DNA from: Syntrophomonadaceae bacterium
Lineage (GTDB): Bacteria; Bacillota; Syntrophomonadia; Syntrophomonadales; Syntrophomonadaceae
DNA: 64,000 bases
Direction: 5' to 3'
NCBI GenBank assembly: GCA_012729715.1
Contig: JAAYCQ010000147.1
Location: 1,624 to 65,623 of the forward strand
The translations under genes were made by a program, and so were the position numbers. How positions within the stretch are numbered: position 1 is the first letter of the stretch; the number at the start of each line of letters is the position of its first letter. The notes beneath the pieces are model-generated. The model was given only the letters and a program-made list of their open reading frames with translations, was not told the origin of the DNA and did no database searches. Positions 8,750-16,498 of the stretch are shown here, piece after piece.

Positions 8750-10206
8750 AATACCCCCATAAATTGACCGGCTAAAAGATCGCGACGGATATTCTCGCCC
8801 TTCTTTCTAAACAGGTGCGGGCGCGATGATAGTTCGCTTCTAAGCTCAGCGCTGTTCATATTGTATCTAAGCTCTATTATCCGTTGGGCTTGATAACGAC
8901 TATTATCATCTACCAACGGTGCTATTTGGTTTAGCAGCTCATCATGCATAAATATACTACTGGGAAGCCATTTCCACAGTGATATATAATTACCCAGCAA
9001 CTGTGAGGCCATTTTTCCCTCCAGTTTCAAGCGACCCTTAAACTCCAGCAACCGGATTAATTCCATAGTGATAAACGATTCATGGGGAAGAGTAGATAGC
9101 TTTTCTTCCAGGACTTTAAATAGTTGTTGCAGGTGTTCCTGGCTTACGCCAATTTCAATTTCCTCATCCATTAACAGAGGAAACTCTGCTGGTCGCAATT
9201 GTTCAATTTTTTTGCTTATATATAATACTTCCAGCAAGCTATCTTTTTTAAAGCTTCCAGGAAGCGTTTCCCATAACTTGAGGTACTCAAGGGGGGCAGC
9301 TTCGGGGCTAATTAAAGGGAAATAGTTCATATACAGATTATTAGCATAATTATAAGCCTGCAGTGGTTCATAGATCAGGGTGTAAATTGGTATAACGGCA
9401 CGAAGTAACTGTTGCAGCTCTTTGTAAATCTTCTGGTCGTTGATTATATTTACCAGGCGATTTTTTTGCTGGTAATCACAATAAATCTCCAGTAGAAATG
9501 CCAGGCTATCCTCAAGTAAACCACACTTAAAGACTAGTTTAGCAGCCTCTATTTGTAGGATAAAACGTTCTGTTGTGTACGGATCCTGGAAACGGTCGGC
9601 ACTGCTATCCTGTAAGATGGCTATGGCTTCCCGGATAAGTTCTACCTTATCTCCATACGGAGTGGGGTAATCGCTCTTTTTACCAAACTCCGTCAGACCA
9701 TAATAGGAGTCCAGACGAAGCTCTCTAAGCTTGGCCTGCCGGTCTTTTAGCAGTTGCCGTAATCCCGGACTAGCCGTTTTAGAGAGGAGATGAACACAGC
9801 TGTCCTCATCCAGGATATTGATTACGGTCATAATAGCAGGCGCATATTCTTCCTTATATATACGGGCGATAAATTCCAGTTCCGCTGGTCTTACCTGATG
9901 ATTAAGGATATACCAGGGTAGGAATTGCCAAAAATCATCTATTACACGGGTAGGGGCACTAACTAACCATTCCATCACCGGTAAAAAACGCAGGTTAGCA
10001 AACAGAATTTTGAAGAAATCAAATTTGCGTTCCGCGAAATAGAGGGAGCGGTAAAGCAGATTTACCCCTTCTTTACTGTCCACCATTACCGGGACAGTTA
10101 AAGGAGTCTGGCGCAGAACACTGCGCAGCAATAATTCCTGTTCCCAGAAACTAAAGAGATCTTCATCATCTGTTATATTCCTATACTGTTCCAGAATGTC
10201 CTGCAT
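8746..10206 (-). CDS. hypothetical protein, 486 aa, predicted helical
   Basis: Long ORF with no P-loop or other motif that I recognise. It is the first gene of the coupled trio. Confidence 0.7.
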   Translation of the reverse strand: MQDILEQYRNITDDEDLFSFWEQELLLRSVLRQTPLTVPVMVDSKEGVNLLYRSLYFAERKFDFFKILFANLRFLPVMEWLVSAPTRVIDDFWQFLPWYILNHQVRPAELEFIARIYKEEYAPAIMTVINILDEDSCVHLLSKTASPGLRQLLKDRQAKLRELRLDSYYGLTEFGKKSDYPTPYGDKVELIREAIAILQDSSADRFQDPYTTERFILQIEAAKLVFKCGLLEDSLAFLLEIYCDYQQKNRLVNIINDQKIYKELQQLLRAVIPIYTLIYEPLQAYNYANNLYMNYFPLISPEAAPLEYLKLWETLPGSFKKDSLLEVLYISKKIEQLRPAEFPLLMDEEIEIGVSQEHLQQLFKVLEEKLSTLPHESFITMELIRLLEFKGRLKLEGKMASQLLGNYISLWKWLPSSIFMHDELLNQIAPLVDDNSRYQAQRIIELRYNMNSAELRSELSSRPHLFRKKGENIRRDLLAGQFMGVL

Positions 10207-10211
10207 ATTAT

Positions 10212-10384
10212 GGTGAGGAGTGAGGCGTCAGGAGTGAGGGGACAGTTAAGTAAGAACTCCTCATTTTTCAAGCGTCTCTTCCTCTTCTCTTCCTTTCATT
10301 GGTTTATTTATTTGTAAGGAGTGAGGCGTGAGGCACAAAGGTGTGGGGGCGGACCCATGTGTCCGCCCGGCTAGCCCCCCACTC
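10212..10384. repeat. mosaic intergenic repeat, family B (GTGAGG-like hexamer arrays plus a GC hairpin)
   Basis: Arrays are ggtgaggagtgaggcgtcaggagtgagggg at 10212-10241 and gtaaggagtgaggcgtgaggc at 10314-10336. The hairpin gggcggac/gtccgccc is at 10347-10368. Related hairpins occur at 41662, 55506, 56516 and 58910. Confidence 0.8.
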
Positions 10385-11074
10385 CTAACTATAAAAAGCA
10401 ATATTCAAAACCCGGCAGGCGTTTTGGGCTTTCATCGGGTCATTTTCGCTTAGATAAACAAAATAATAAATGGATTTATCCTTATTGGTAAAAATACCTC
10501 CCAAACGGTCATCATCTATACATTCAAACTTGTCCATAGCAGCCTTATTACGGTTCAGATAGCGATAAGTTTGCAGCCGGGTAACAAAGGAATAACGTGC
10601 CAGCCTTTCAAAGTGAGATTTTAAGCCAATCTCTTTACCACTATTATCGTCTTCATATTTATATACTATTTCACCCTGGCGGGGTTGGGGTAAAACATTC
10701 ATATTAGCAACGGCCTGGTTTAAGGACCGTAATAACTTTCGTAAAACCTGGCTATCAACCTGCTGCTTAAAGGTATATTGCAGGTAAGGATGCAGGGTTT
10801 GGGGAAATTCCTCCAGGGGCAGCGGATCTATTGCAAATAAATGCAAGGCCTGGGGGTGCTCCAGCAAATAATTTATAAGGTCATCCCAACCGTGTTGAAA
10901 ACGGGGGATAAACGTATAATAATCTTGGTATAGCCGAAAAGCATACTGCTCATAAAAAACAGCATAGGATTCCGGGGAATTATGCATAAGATGGTTGGCA
11001 TAATCCATAAGCTGCTGGTATTCATCAGCACCCAGTTCTACCCCTTGATTAAGTTTTCTTAAAATACTTCGCAT
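10385..11074 (-). CDS. hypothetical protein, 229 aa
   Basis: ORF with coding-like composition and no recognisable motif. Confidence 0.6.
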   Translation of the reverse strand: MRSILRKLNQGVELGADEYQQLMDYANHLMHNSPESYAVFYEQYAFRLYQDYYTFIPRFQHGWDDLINYLLEHPQALHLFAIDPLPLEEFPQTLHPYLQYTFKQQVDSQVLRKLLRSLNQAVANMNVLPQPRQGEIVYKYEDDNSGKEIGLKSHFERLARYSFVTRLQTYRYLNRNKAAMDKFECIDDDRLGGIFTNKDKSIYYFVYLSENDPMKAQNACRVLNIAFYS

Positions 11075-11109
11075 TAACTTATACCACTCCGGGTTTTATA
11101 CTATTTTAA

Positions 11110-11141
11110 CCCAGAAAGAAGTCCGGAAACAGTCCGGACTT
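11110..11141 (-). terminator. hairpin, possible terminator after the 73-aa gene
   Basis: Stem aagtccgg/ccggactt (11119-11126 and 11134-11141), followed on the minus strand by cttct. The U-tract is weak. Confidence 0.4.
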
Positions 11142-11153
11142 ATGTAGAGTATG

Positions 11154-11375
11154 TTAATTGCTGCTAGAATTTACGGGTAAGCGGATATCAAAAAGTATTT
11201 CATCTTCCAAATTAGAGAAATCAATAATAATGCCATCTTCCATTAGCATGGTAATATTGGTCTCAGTACAGTTTAAAATCTTCTTAATGGCTTTGCCTTC
11301 CATATAGCGGGTAAGCATTTGATAATCTTCAACTAAAAACTTTGAAATCTGACCATGACCCATTATAAAATTCAC
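11154..11375 (-). CDS. hypothetical small protein, 73 aa
   Basis: ORF with an ATG start. No motif recognised. Confidence 0.5.
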   Translation of the reverse strand: MNFIMGHGQISKFLVEDYQMLTRYMEGKAIKKILNCTETNITMLMEDGIIIDFSNLEDEILFDIRLPVNSSSN

Positions 11376-11473
11376 CTCTTATTATTAAGTATATAGATTT
11401 AAACCCCGATAGTTACACCTGAAATGCAATAAACTTTAGGGAAAAATGGGTTTATGATGTAATTAAGGTTAAA

Positions 11474-11515
11474 ATATAATGAGGCGTGAGGAGTGAGGAA
11501 TCAGGAGTGAGGAGT
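11474..11515. repeat. family B hexamer array abutting a start codon
   Basis: Sequence atataatgaggcgtgaggagtgaggaatcaggagtgaggagt. The first 21 nt are identical to 43513-43533. Confidence 0.8.
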
Positions 11516-12124
11516 ATGAAATGGAAACAATTTAATTTGATAATATTCCCGCTGCTGGCCTTAATTTTTTTCCTGCTGGTTGCGTCTGCTAACCGCCATG
11601 TTTTTAGCAATGAAAATGCGGTTATGTATACCTACGTGCAAAATGCCCGCCAGGGCCATATAGGTTATGGTTTCAATAGTTATTACGCTAATAATATTTC
11701 ATTTGCCGGGTTGGAACCAGGAGACTTAATTCTAGGGGGATATCCAGGTTGTTCTTACGGGCGTTTTTCTCATGCCGGAATTTATATAGGTAATGGACAG
11801 GTTATGGAAAGTTTCGGCGATCTCGGGGTTAATATACAACCTATTTACCATTACTGGGAATATAGTGATGTTTGTTTATTAAGGGTTAAAGCTGACCCGG
11901 TGGTGAAAAAAAAGGCAGTTGATTATGTACTTAGACACCAGGGCGCCATGTTTTATCCTCTGGCCTTTAAAAATGGTGAAAGATATTGGAATTGTACCAA
12001 GATAATGTGGAAAGCTTACCGGGGACAGGGACTTGATTTTGACCCGGGGAATGATTTCTGGGTTGCTCCCGACCTTTTTTACCAAAGCGACCTGGTTGAA
12101 ATAATAAGGGAGAGGAATGTATAA
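11516..12124 (+). CDS. YiiX/YaeF-like permuted papain-fold (NlpC/P60 superfamily) hydrolase with an N-terminal TM or signal anchor
   Basis: His motif FSHAGIYIG precedes Cys motif WNCTKIMW, which is the permuted order. The N-terminal hydrophobic segment is LIIFPLLALIFFLLV. The start was moved to ATG 11516 because the ORF-track extension is encoded by the repeat array. Confidence 0.65.
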   Translation: MKWKQFNLIIFPLLALIFFLLVASANRHVFSNENAVMYTYVQNARQGHIGYGFNSYYANNISFAGLEPGDLILGGYPGCSYGRFSHAGIYIGNGQVMESFGDLGVNIQPIYHYWEYSDVCLLRVKADPVVKKKAVDYVLRHQGAMFYPLAFKNGERYWNCTKIMWKAYRGQGLDFDPGNDFWVAPDLFYQSDLVEIIRERNV

Positions 12125-12558
12125 TGCGAAGCCTCAAAGCTATTACTCGTTTATACTCTATTCATATTTTTGCTTTTTTAGCTGTAGGAATTAGCACTTA
12201 CTACCCGCCCTGGGATATTATACTCTCTCTATTATACTTGTTGGTTATCGGGAGCGAAGCCCGTTCATTACGAGATTTTCCTCCCCATTCCAAATGGATG
12301 GTAACTTTTGCCTGGCAAGCTCCGGGGATAGTGCTTTTTCTACTGGTTATCAGCCATACTACCATCTGGGACCTGAGTAATTATGCCTACTTTATTATGC
12401 TCTTCTGGTATACTGCTTTAGTTCCTATACTCTCTTTACTGCCAGGCGTATTTTGGCGTGGATGGCCCCTGTACTACTATTTTCTTCTTGCTTTGCCCTT
12501 TATTATGATTACCTACCATTTTATTTTAAGCTGCAATATTCGGCTAACAAATAAATAA
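12124..12558 (+). CDS. hypothetical integral membrane protein, 144 aa
   Basis: Four hydrophobic segments. The start overlaps the upstream stop (taATG). Confidence 0.6.
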   Translation: MRSLKAITRLYSIHIFAFLAVGISTYYPPWDIILSLLYLLVIGSEARSLRDFPPHSKWMVTFAWQAPGIVLFLLVISHTTIWDLSNYAYFIMLFWYTALVPILSLLPGVFWRGWPLYYYFLLALPFIMITYHFILSCNIRLTNK

Positions 12559-12779
12559 TCCGCTGGTTCTTTCTCAAAGCATCGAAAATCGGATCACCCG
12601 ACAACCATGTGAGAAATACTAACCAGCGGATTTTACATGAAGATGGATGAGTTAGATAAAGAATCTCCGAAAAGGTAGTTTCCGTAGTTAACTTTGCTCC
12701 ATCTTCCAAAATATATTCTGCCCAGCAAAATAAAATATATACTTTGATTAGTTAAAAAATAGCGTGCTGGTAGCATAAG

Positions 12780-12975
12780 CTTCACCCTAGACGGGTACAC
12801 GGCAGCCTCCAGTGGGAAGTGTAGGGAACGGCCCCTGTGCCGTTCCGGTTTTCGTAATACCGGTGCAACTATTGTGTGTGCCTGGCACCCATAACGGGTT
12901 AGTTAGAAAATAGAACGGAATTAGACATTGAATACACTGACAAATTATGAATAACACTGAATTTTTAAAATATCA
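12780..12975. repeat. composite repeat: GTGTAGGG plus hairpin ggaacggc/gccgttcc, then a family A unit
   Basis: The hairpin at 12825-12846 is near-identical to those at 32698-32719 and 32817-32838. agaaaatagaac is at 12905-12916 and the word array gacattgaatacactga...aacactgaat is at 12924-12966. Confidence 0.8.
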
Positions 12976-13234
12976 AAATGAGCCAGCGATATCTTCCGTG
13001 TTGGAAGGTTTTGTTAGAGAAGAGCTAAGATTTATCCTCGGATGAGGGACTTAGTTCTTTTAACAAAATCGTATCGCTGACTCTAAATATATTATGTACC
13101 TTTTTTTTAGGGCTATACTGGAAAATTAATGTAATGATTTAATGAAAACCTTTTTCAAATGTTACTGGCGAATGCATGCTTAAAAGAGAGGACATCTTAA
13201 TTCTAAATTCTTGCCAATAAAAATATAAATTAAG

Positions 13235-13984
13235 ATGTATAGAATGAGAGGAGAGTTCCTGGTGAAGTCCGGTAAAAAGAGCATTTTCCCTAAAATAATA
13301 TTATTGTTTATGCTGCTCCCGCTGGGTATACCTTTTTTAATACCGGAGATAGGATTGGCTTATAGTGGCGTTACTTATCAGCTAATTGCTAAAGAAAAAA
13401 TTGTAGCTCTTACTTTTGATGATGGACCTCATCCTATTTATACACCGCAGATTCTTGATATCCTGGATCAGTATCAGGCTAAAGCCACCTTTTTTATGAT
13501 AGGCAGCAGGATGGAGGAATATCCGGATATTGCAAAGGAGGTTTCAGCCCGGGGACATCTTATTGGTAACCATACTTATACTCATCCTGATAACCTCAGG
13601 ACACTATCTCCAAAAGAGCTGAAGTGGGAAATAGACCAGTGCCAGCTTAGTATGCAACGTATCGCTGGTCAAAACACTTACCTATTTCGTCCTCCCCGGG
13701 GTATTCTGAATCAGGAAATTATTAAAATCGTACAAGATAAAGGTTACACTATTGTGCTATGGGGAATTTGTACTTTCAATCGTAGCGCCCCAACTCCAGA
13801 AATGATGGCAACCCGGGTGATTAACTATGCTCACCCGGGTCTTATAGTATTATTACACGATGGCAGAACTGATTTTCGTTGGAAAGATGTAGTGGCTACC
13901 CGCTTAATCGTTGAAAACCTTTCCCGCCAGGGTTATCGTTTTGTCACCCTGGAAGAACTTAAACCGGGGAACAAACCTCATTAA
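13235..13984 (+). CDS. polysaccharide deacetylase (NodB-homology, PdaA/PgdA-like), secreted or membrane-anchored
   Basis: Contains TFDDGP and GNHTYTHP metal/catalytic motifs plus LLHD. An N-terminal hydrophobic segment is present. The exact start is uncertain; an in-frame GTG lies 9 codons downstream. Confidence 0.85.
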   Translation: MYRMRGEFLVKSGKKSIFPKIILLFMLLPLGIPFLIPEIGLAYSGVTYQLIAKEKIVALTFDDGPHPIYTPQILDILDQYQAKATFFMIGSRMEEYPDIAKEVSARGHLIGNHTYTHPDNLRTLSPKELKWEIDQCQLSMQRIAGQNTYLFRPPRGILNQEIIKIVQDKGYTIVLWGICTFNRSAPTPEMMATRVINYAHPGLIVLLHDGRTDFRWKDVVATRLIVENLSRQGYRFVTLEELKPGNKPH

Positions 13985-14007
13985 CTCCCTCCATGCCCCG
14001 GGAACAT

Positions 14008-14040
14008 GTTACGCCTTACGCCTCACCCCTCACACCTTAC
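14008..14040. repeat. family B hexamer array (CCTCAC orientation)
   Basis: Sequence acgccttacgcctcacccctcacaccttac. Confidence 0.7.
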
Positions 14041-15383
14041 TATATTCTATTGCTATGGCGCCAGATTCCCTGTTCTTGTGCAGCAACAATAAGTTCATCC
14101 CGGAATTGAGGGTGAGCCAGGTTAATTAGGCCTTCGGCTCTTTGCCATACCGTTTTTCCCTTTAAATTAAACTTGCCATATTCAGTGACAATGTAATGCG
14201 CTACCGTACGAGAATCGGTTACTATGGCTCCCAATGGCAATGTAGGTACGATACGCGATTTAATTATCCCGTTTTTATCCTGGTAACATGACGGTAGGCA
14301 TACAAAAGCTTTTCCTCCCCGCGATTCGTAAGCGGCCAAAACAAAGTCAAGCTGGCCCCCGGTCCCGCTTATATGGCGAGTTCCCCATGATTCTGAACAC
14401 ACTTGACCATAAAGGTCTACTTCAATGGCGCTGTTTACTGTTATCAAATTATCGTTCAGGGCAGCAATAGAAGGTCGGTTGGTGTAATCAACCGGGTAAC
14501 TGGCACACAGGGGATTATCATCGATAAAATCATATAGTTCCTGGCTGCCCAAAGCAAAGGAATAGGTTATTTTACCCTGGTCTATAGCTTTTCGTTGTCC
14601 AGTAAGGTTTCCGGCCTGGTACATTTTTAGATAAGGATCACCCAGCATTTCCGTGTGACAGCCCAGGTCTTTAAGATCAGATGCTGCTATTATATCGCCC
14701 ACCGCGCTGGGCATACCACCGATTCCCAGCTGGATACAGGCACCGTCATAAATTTCTTCTGTAATATATTCAGCTACCTGTAAATCAATCGGGGAAGGGG
14801 TAGGGTTCTTTAACTGGTTTAAGGGGGGATTTTCGCCTTCAACAATAAAATCTATTTCCGAAATATGGATAGCCTCATGATAACCTCCCAGGCAACGTGG
14901 TTGATTTTGATTTACTTCAACGATAACTATCTTTGCCCGGTCACATACAGCCTTACTATGAGAATTCTGCGGTCCAAAATTGAAGTAACCGTGTTTATCC
15001 ATAGGGGCTACCTGGTGCATGGATACATTAATAGGCTCAATTTCTTCACGGACATAGCGAGGTAATTCCGAATAACGCATGGGAGAATAGTAAACTGGGG
15101 TTCCGTTACTTAATAGTCTTCGATCCAAACTGGAATAATGCCAGGAATTCCAAACAAAGATTTTTCCGCCAGGGTCAGCCTCTATTATTTTGGGTGGTGA
15201 AAGGGTTAGCATACTCCATATCTTAACGTCTTTTAGCTCATCTTTACGTTTGGCTAAAGCTTCATCCAGGATTCTCACCTGACCGCAAAGCAAACCATAA
15301 TCTACCCAGTCGCCTGATTTTATGCATTTAACTGCTTGTTCAGGCAAAACCAGCTTACGTCGGTATTCTTTCATCCAGTTCAC
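14040..15383 (-). CDS. acetyl-CoA hydrolase/transferase family enzyme (4-hydroxybutyrate or butyryl-CoA:acetate CoA-transferase-like)
   Basis: 447 aa. Family-typical blocks are LGIGGMPSAV, GCHTEML and SGTGGQLDF, with C-terminal AHPQFRDEL. Confidence 0.85.
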   Translation of the reverse strand: MNWMKEYRRKLVLPEQAVKCIKSGDWVDYGLLCGQVRILDEALAKRKDELKDVKIWSMLTLSPPKIIEADPGGKIFVWNSWHYSSLDRRLLSNGTPVYYSPMRYSELPRYVREEIEPINVSMHQVAPMDKHGYFNFGPQNSHSKAVCDRAKIVIVEVNQNQPRCLGGYHEAIHISEIDFIVEGENPPLNQLKNPTPSPIDLQVAEYITEEIYDGACIQLGIGGMPSAVGDIIAASDLKDLGCHTEMLGDPYLKMYQAGNLTGQRKAIDQGKITYSFALGSQELYDFIDDNPLCASYPVDYTNRPSIAALNDNLITVNSAIEVDLYGQVCSESWGTRHISGTGGQLDFVLAAYESRGGKAFVCLPSCYQDKNGIIKSRIVPTLPLGAIVTDSRTVAHYIVTEYGKFNLKGKTVWQRAEGLINLAHPQFRDELIVAAQEQGIWRHSNRI

Positions 15384-15434
15384 TAAAATAGCCCCCCTTA
15401 GAAAGTTTTTGCCTGTTTATACTGTTACCTTATT

Positions 15435-15890
15435 TTACCTTATCCATAATTGTTTTCTAGCCATAAAATTTAGTTCATCGCGGAAATCAGGATGGGCTAT
15501 GCTAATCAGGCTTTTCACCCGTTGCGATACTGGTTTATTAGTCAAACGGACCGCACCGTACTCCGTAACTACCCATTCCACATCATTGCGCGAGGTTGTA
15601 ACTACGGTACCGGTTGGAAACATAGGTACGATACGGGAACCAACCTTATCCTCCTTATCTTTGTAAGTGGAGGGAAGAGCTATAAGGCTTTTGCCGTTTT
15701 TCGCCGTACCGGTCCCGCGGATAGAAACCTTCTCCAACCCGATTCCTGCGCGTTGACCCAGGGCATAGTCGAAATCGATTGGTTTCGTAGCGAACATACC
15801 GTATTCCACGGTATTTCCCGATTTAACCAGTTGGGCTGCTTTTTCCACACTTATAAGCTTGCGCTTATACTCCTCCAAATAAGTACTCAT
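15435..15890 (-). pseudogene. internally deleted remnant of a second CoA-transferase paralogue
   Basis: The 151-aa ORF joins two regions in frame. Its N-terminal 60 aa or so align to residues 1-60 of the neighbouring enzyme (EYKRKL..VKSG..V.YG). Its last 90 aa or so align to that enzyme's C-terminus (SRIVP..P.G..VT.SR......VTEYG....K....R...LI..AHP.FRDEL). About 300 central codons, including the catalytic core, are missing. Confidence 0.75.
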
Positions 15891-15922
15891 TTTATCTCCT
15901 CCTTTAATACAGACATATGGTG

Positions 15923-16150
15923 TTAGGGAGTTTGATATGCAACAGATTCACTTACTCCCTCCAAAAACGGTTGGCCTGATACGTCAGTGGTGGTACCGTT
16001 TTCGTGATTGTAATTATTAATAAAATGCTGACAGAGCAAAGGTAAGTCACTGAGGTGCTCATTTAAAGGGGGAATTCTAATAGCAAAGGTATTAAGACGG
16101 AAAAACAGGTCTTTCCGGAATTTGTTAATAAAATAATGCCGGATAGCCAT
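15923..16150 (-). pseudogene. fragment of a sigma-54-dependent (NtrC/bEBP-type) activator
   Basis: The 75-aa ORF contains FRKDLFFRLNTFAIRIPPLNEHLSDLPLLCQHF. This is the end of the bEBP AAA+ domain (FR.DLYYRLNV..I.IPPLRER.EDI..L..HF). Walker motifs, GAFTGA and the C-terminal HTH are all absent. Confidence 0.7.
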
Positions 16151-16248
16151 GTTGAAACTCTAATAATAACTCCTATTATCAAACGTGATGAAAAATGCCA
16201 TAAAGTTAGGTTGATTCACGTACAATTTTGCAGGCGTTTTGCATATAG

Positions 16249-16400
16249 AAAATAAGATTAATTGGTTCTAACATTTTCTGACGCAGATTCACGCAGATTA
16301 TTATGATTTACACAGATTCCTTTTTCTTAATTATTTATCAGCGTTAATCTGTGCCCGAAGGGTCTGCGTCCTTCAGCGTCAAAAAATCTATTTTCCAATT
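16249..16400. repeat. family A repeat variant (word = ACGCAGATT / ACGCTGA)
   Basis: Arrays are gacgcagattcacgcagatt at 16280-16299, acacagatt at 16310-16318 and atcagcgttaatctgtg...tctgcgtccttcagcgtc at 16337-16380. The terminal aatctattttcc is at 16385-16396. Confidence 0.7.
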
Positions 16401-16498
16401 AACCCCAAACCCAAAATGGGTTTTTCCTGTTTGCAAATAAAGTTGACTCCTGGTGCAAAGAATATTAATGGAGTCATTATTACAGGCAGGGATTTATA

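Noticed and set aside
10212-10384. Possibility that the GTGAGG-type arrays or the word arrays are CRISPR arrays.
   Set aside because: The units are 6-10 nt, degenerate and contiguous. There are no constant 25-40 nt repeats alternating with unique spacers, and no cas genes are in the window.
15384-15434. Sigma-54 promoter (TGGCAC-N5-TTGC) in front of the intact CoA-transferase, suggested by the neighbouring bEBP fragment.
   Set aside because: No GG-N10-GC element with the proper flanks is present in this gap or at 15891-15922.
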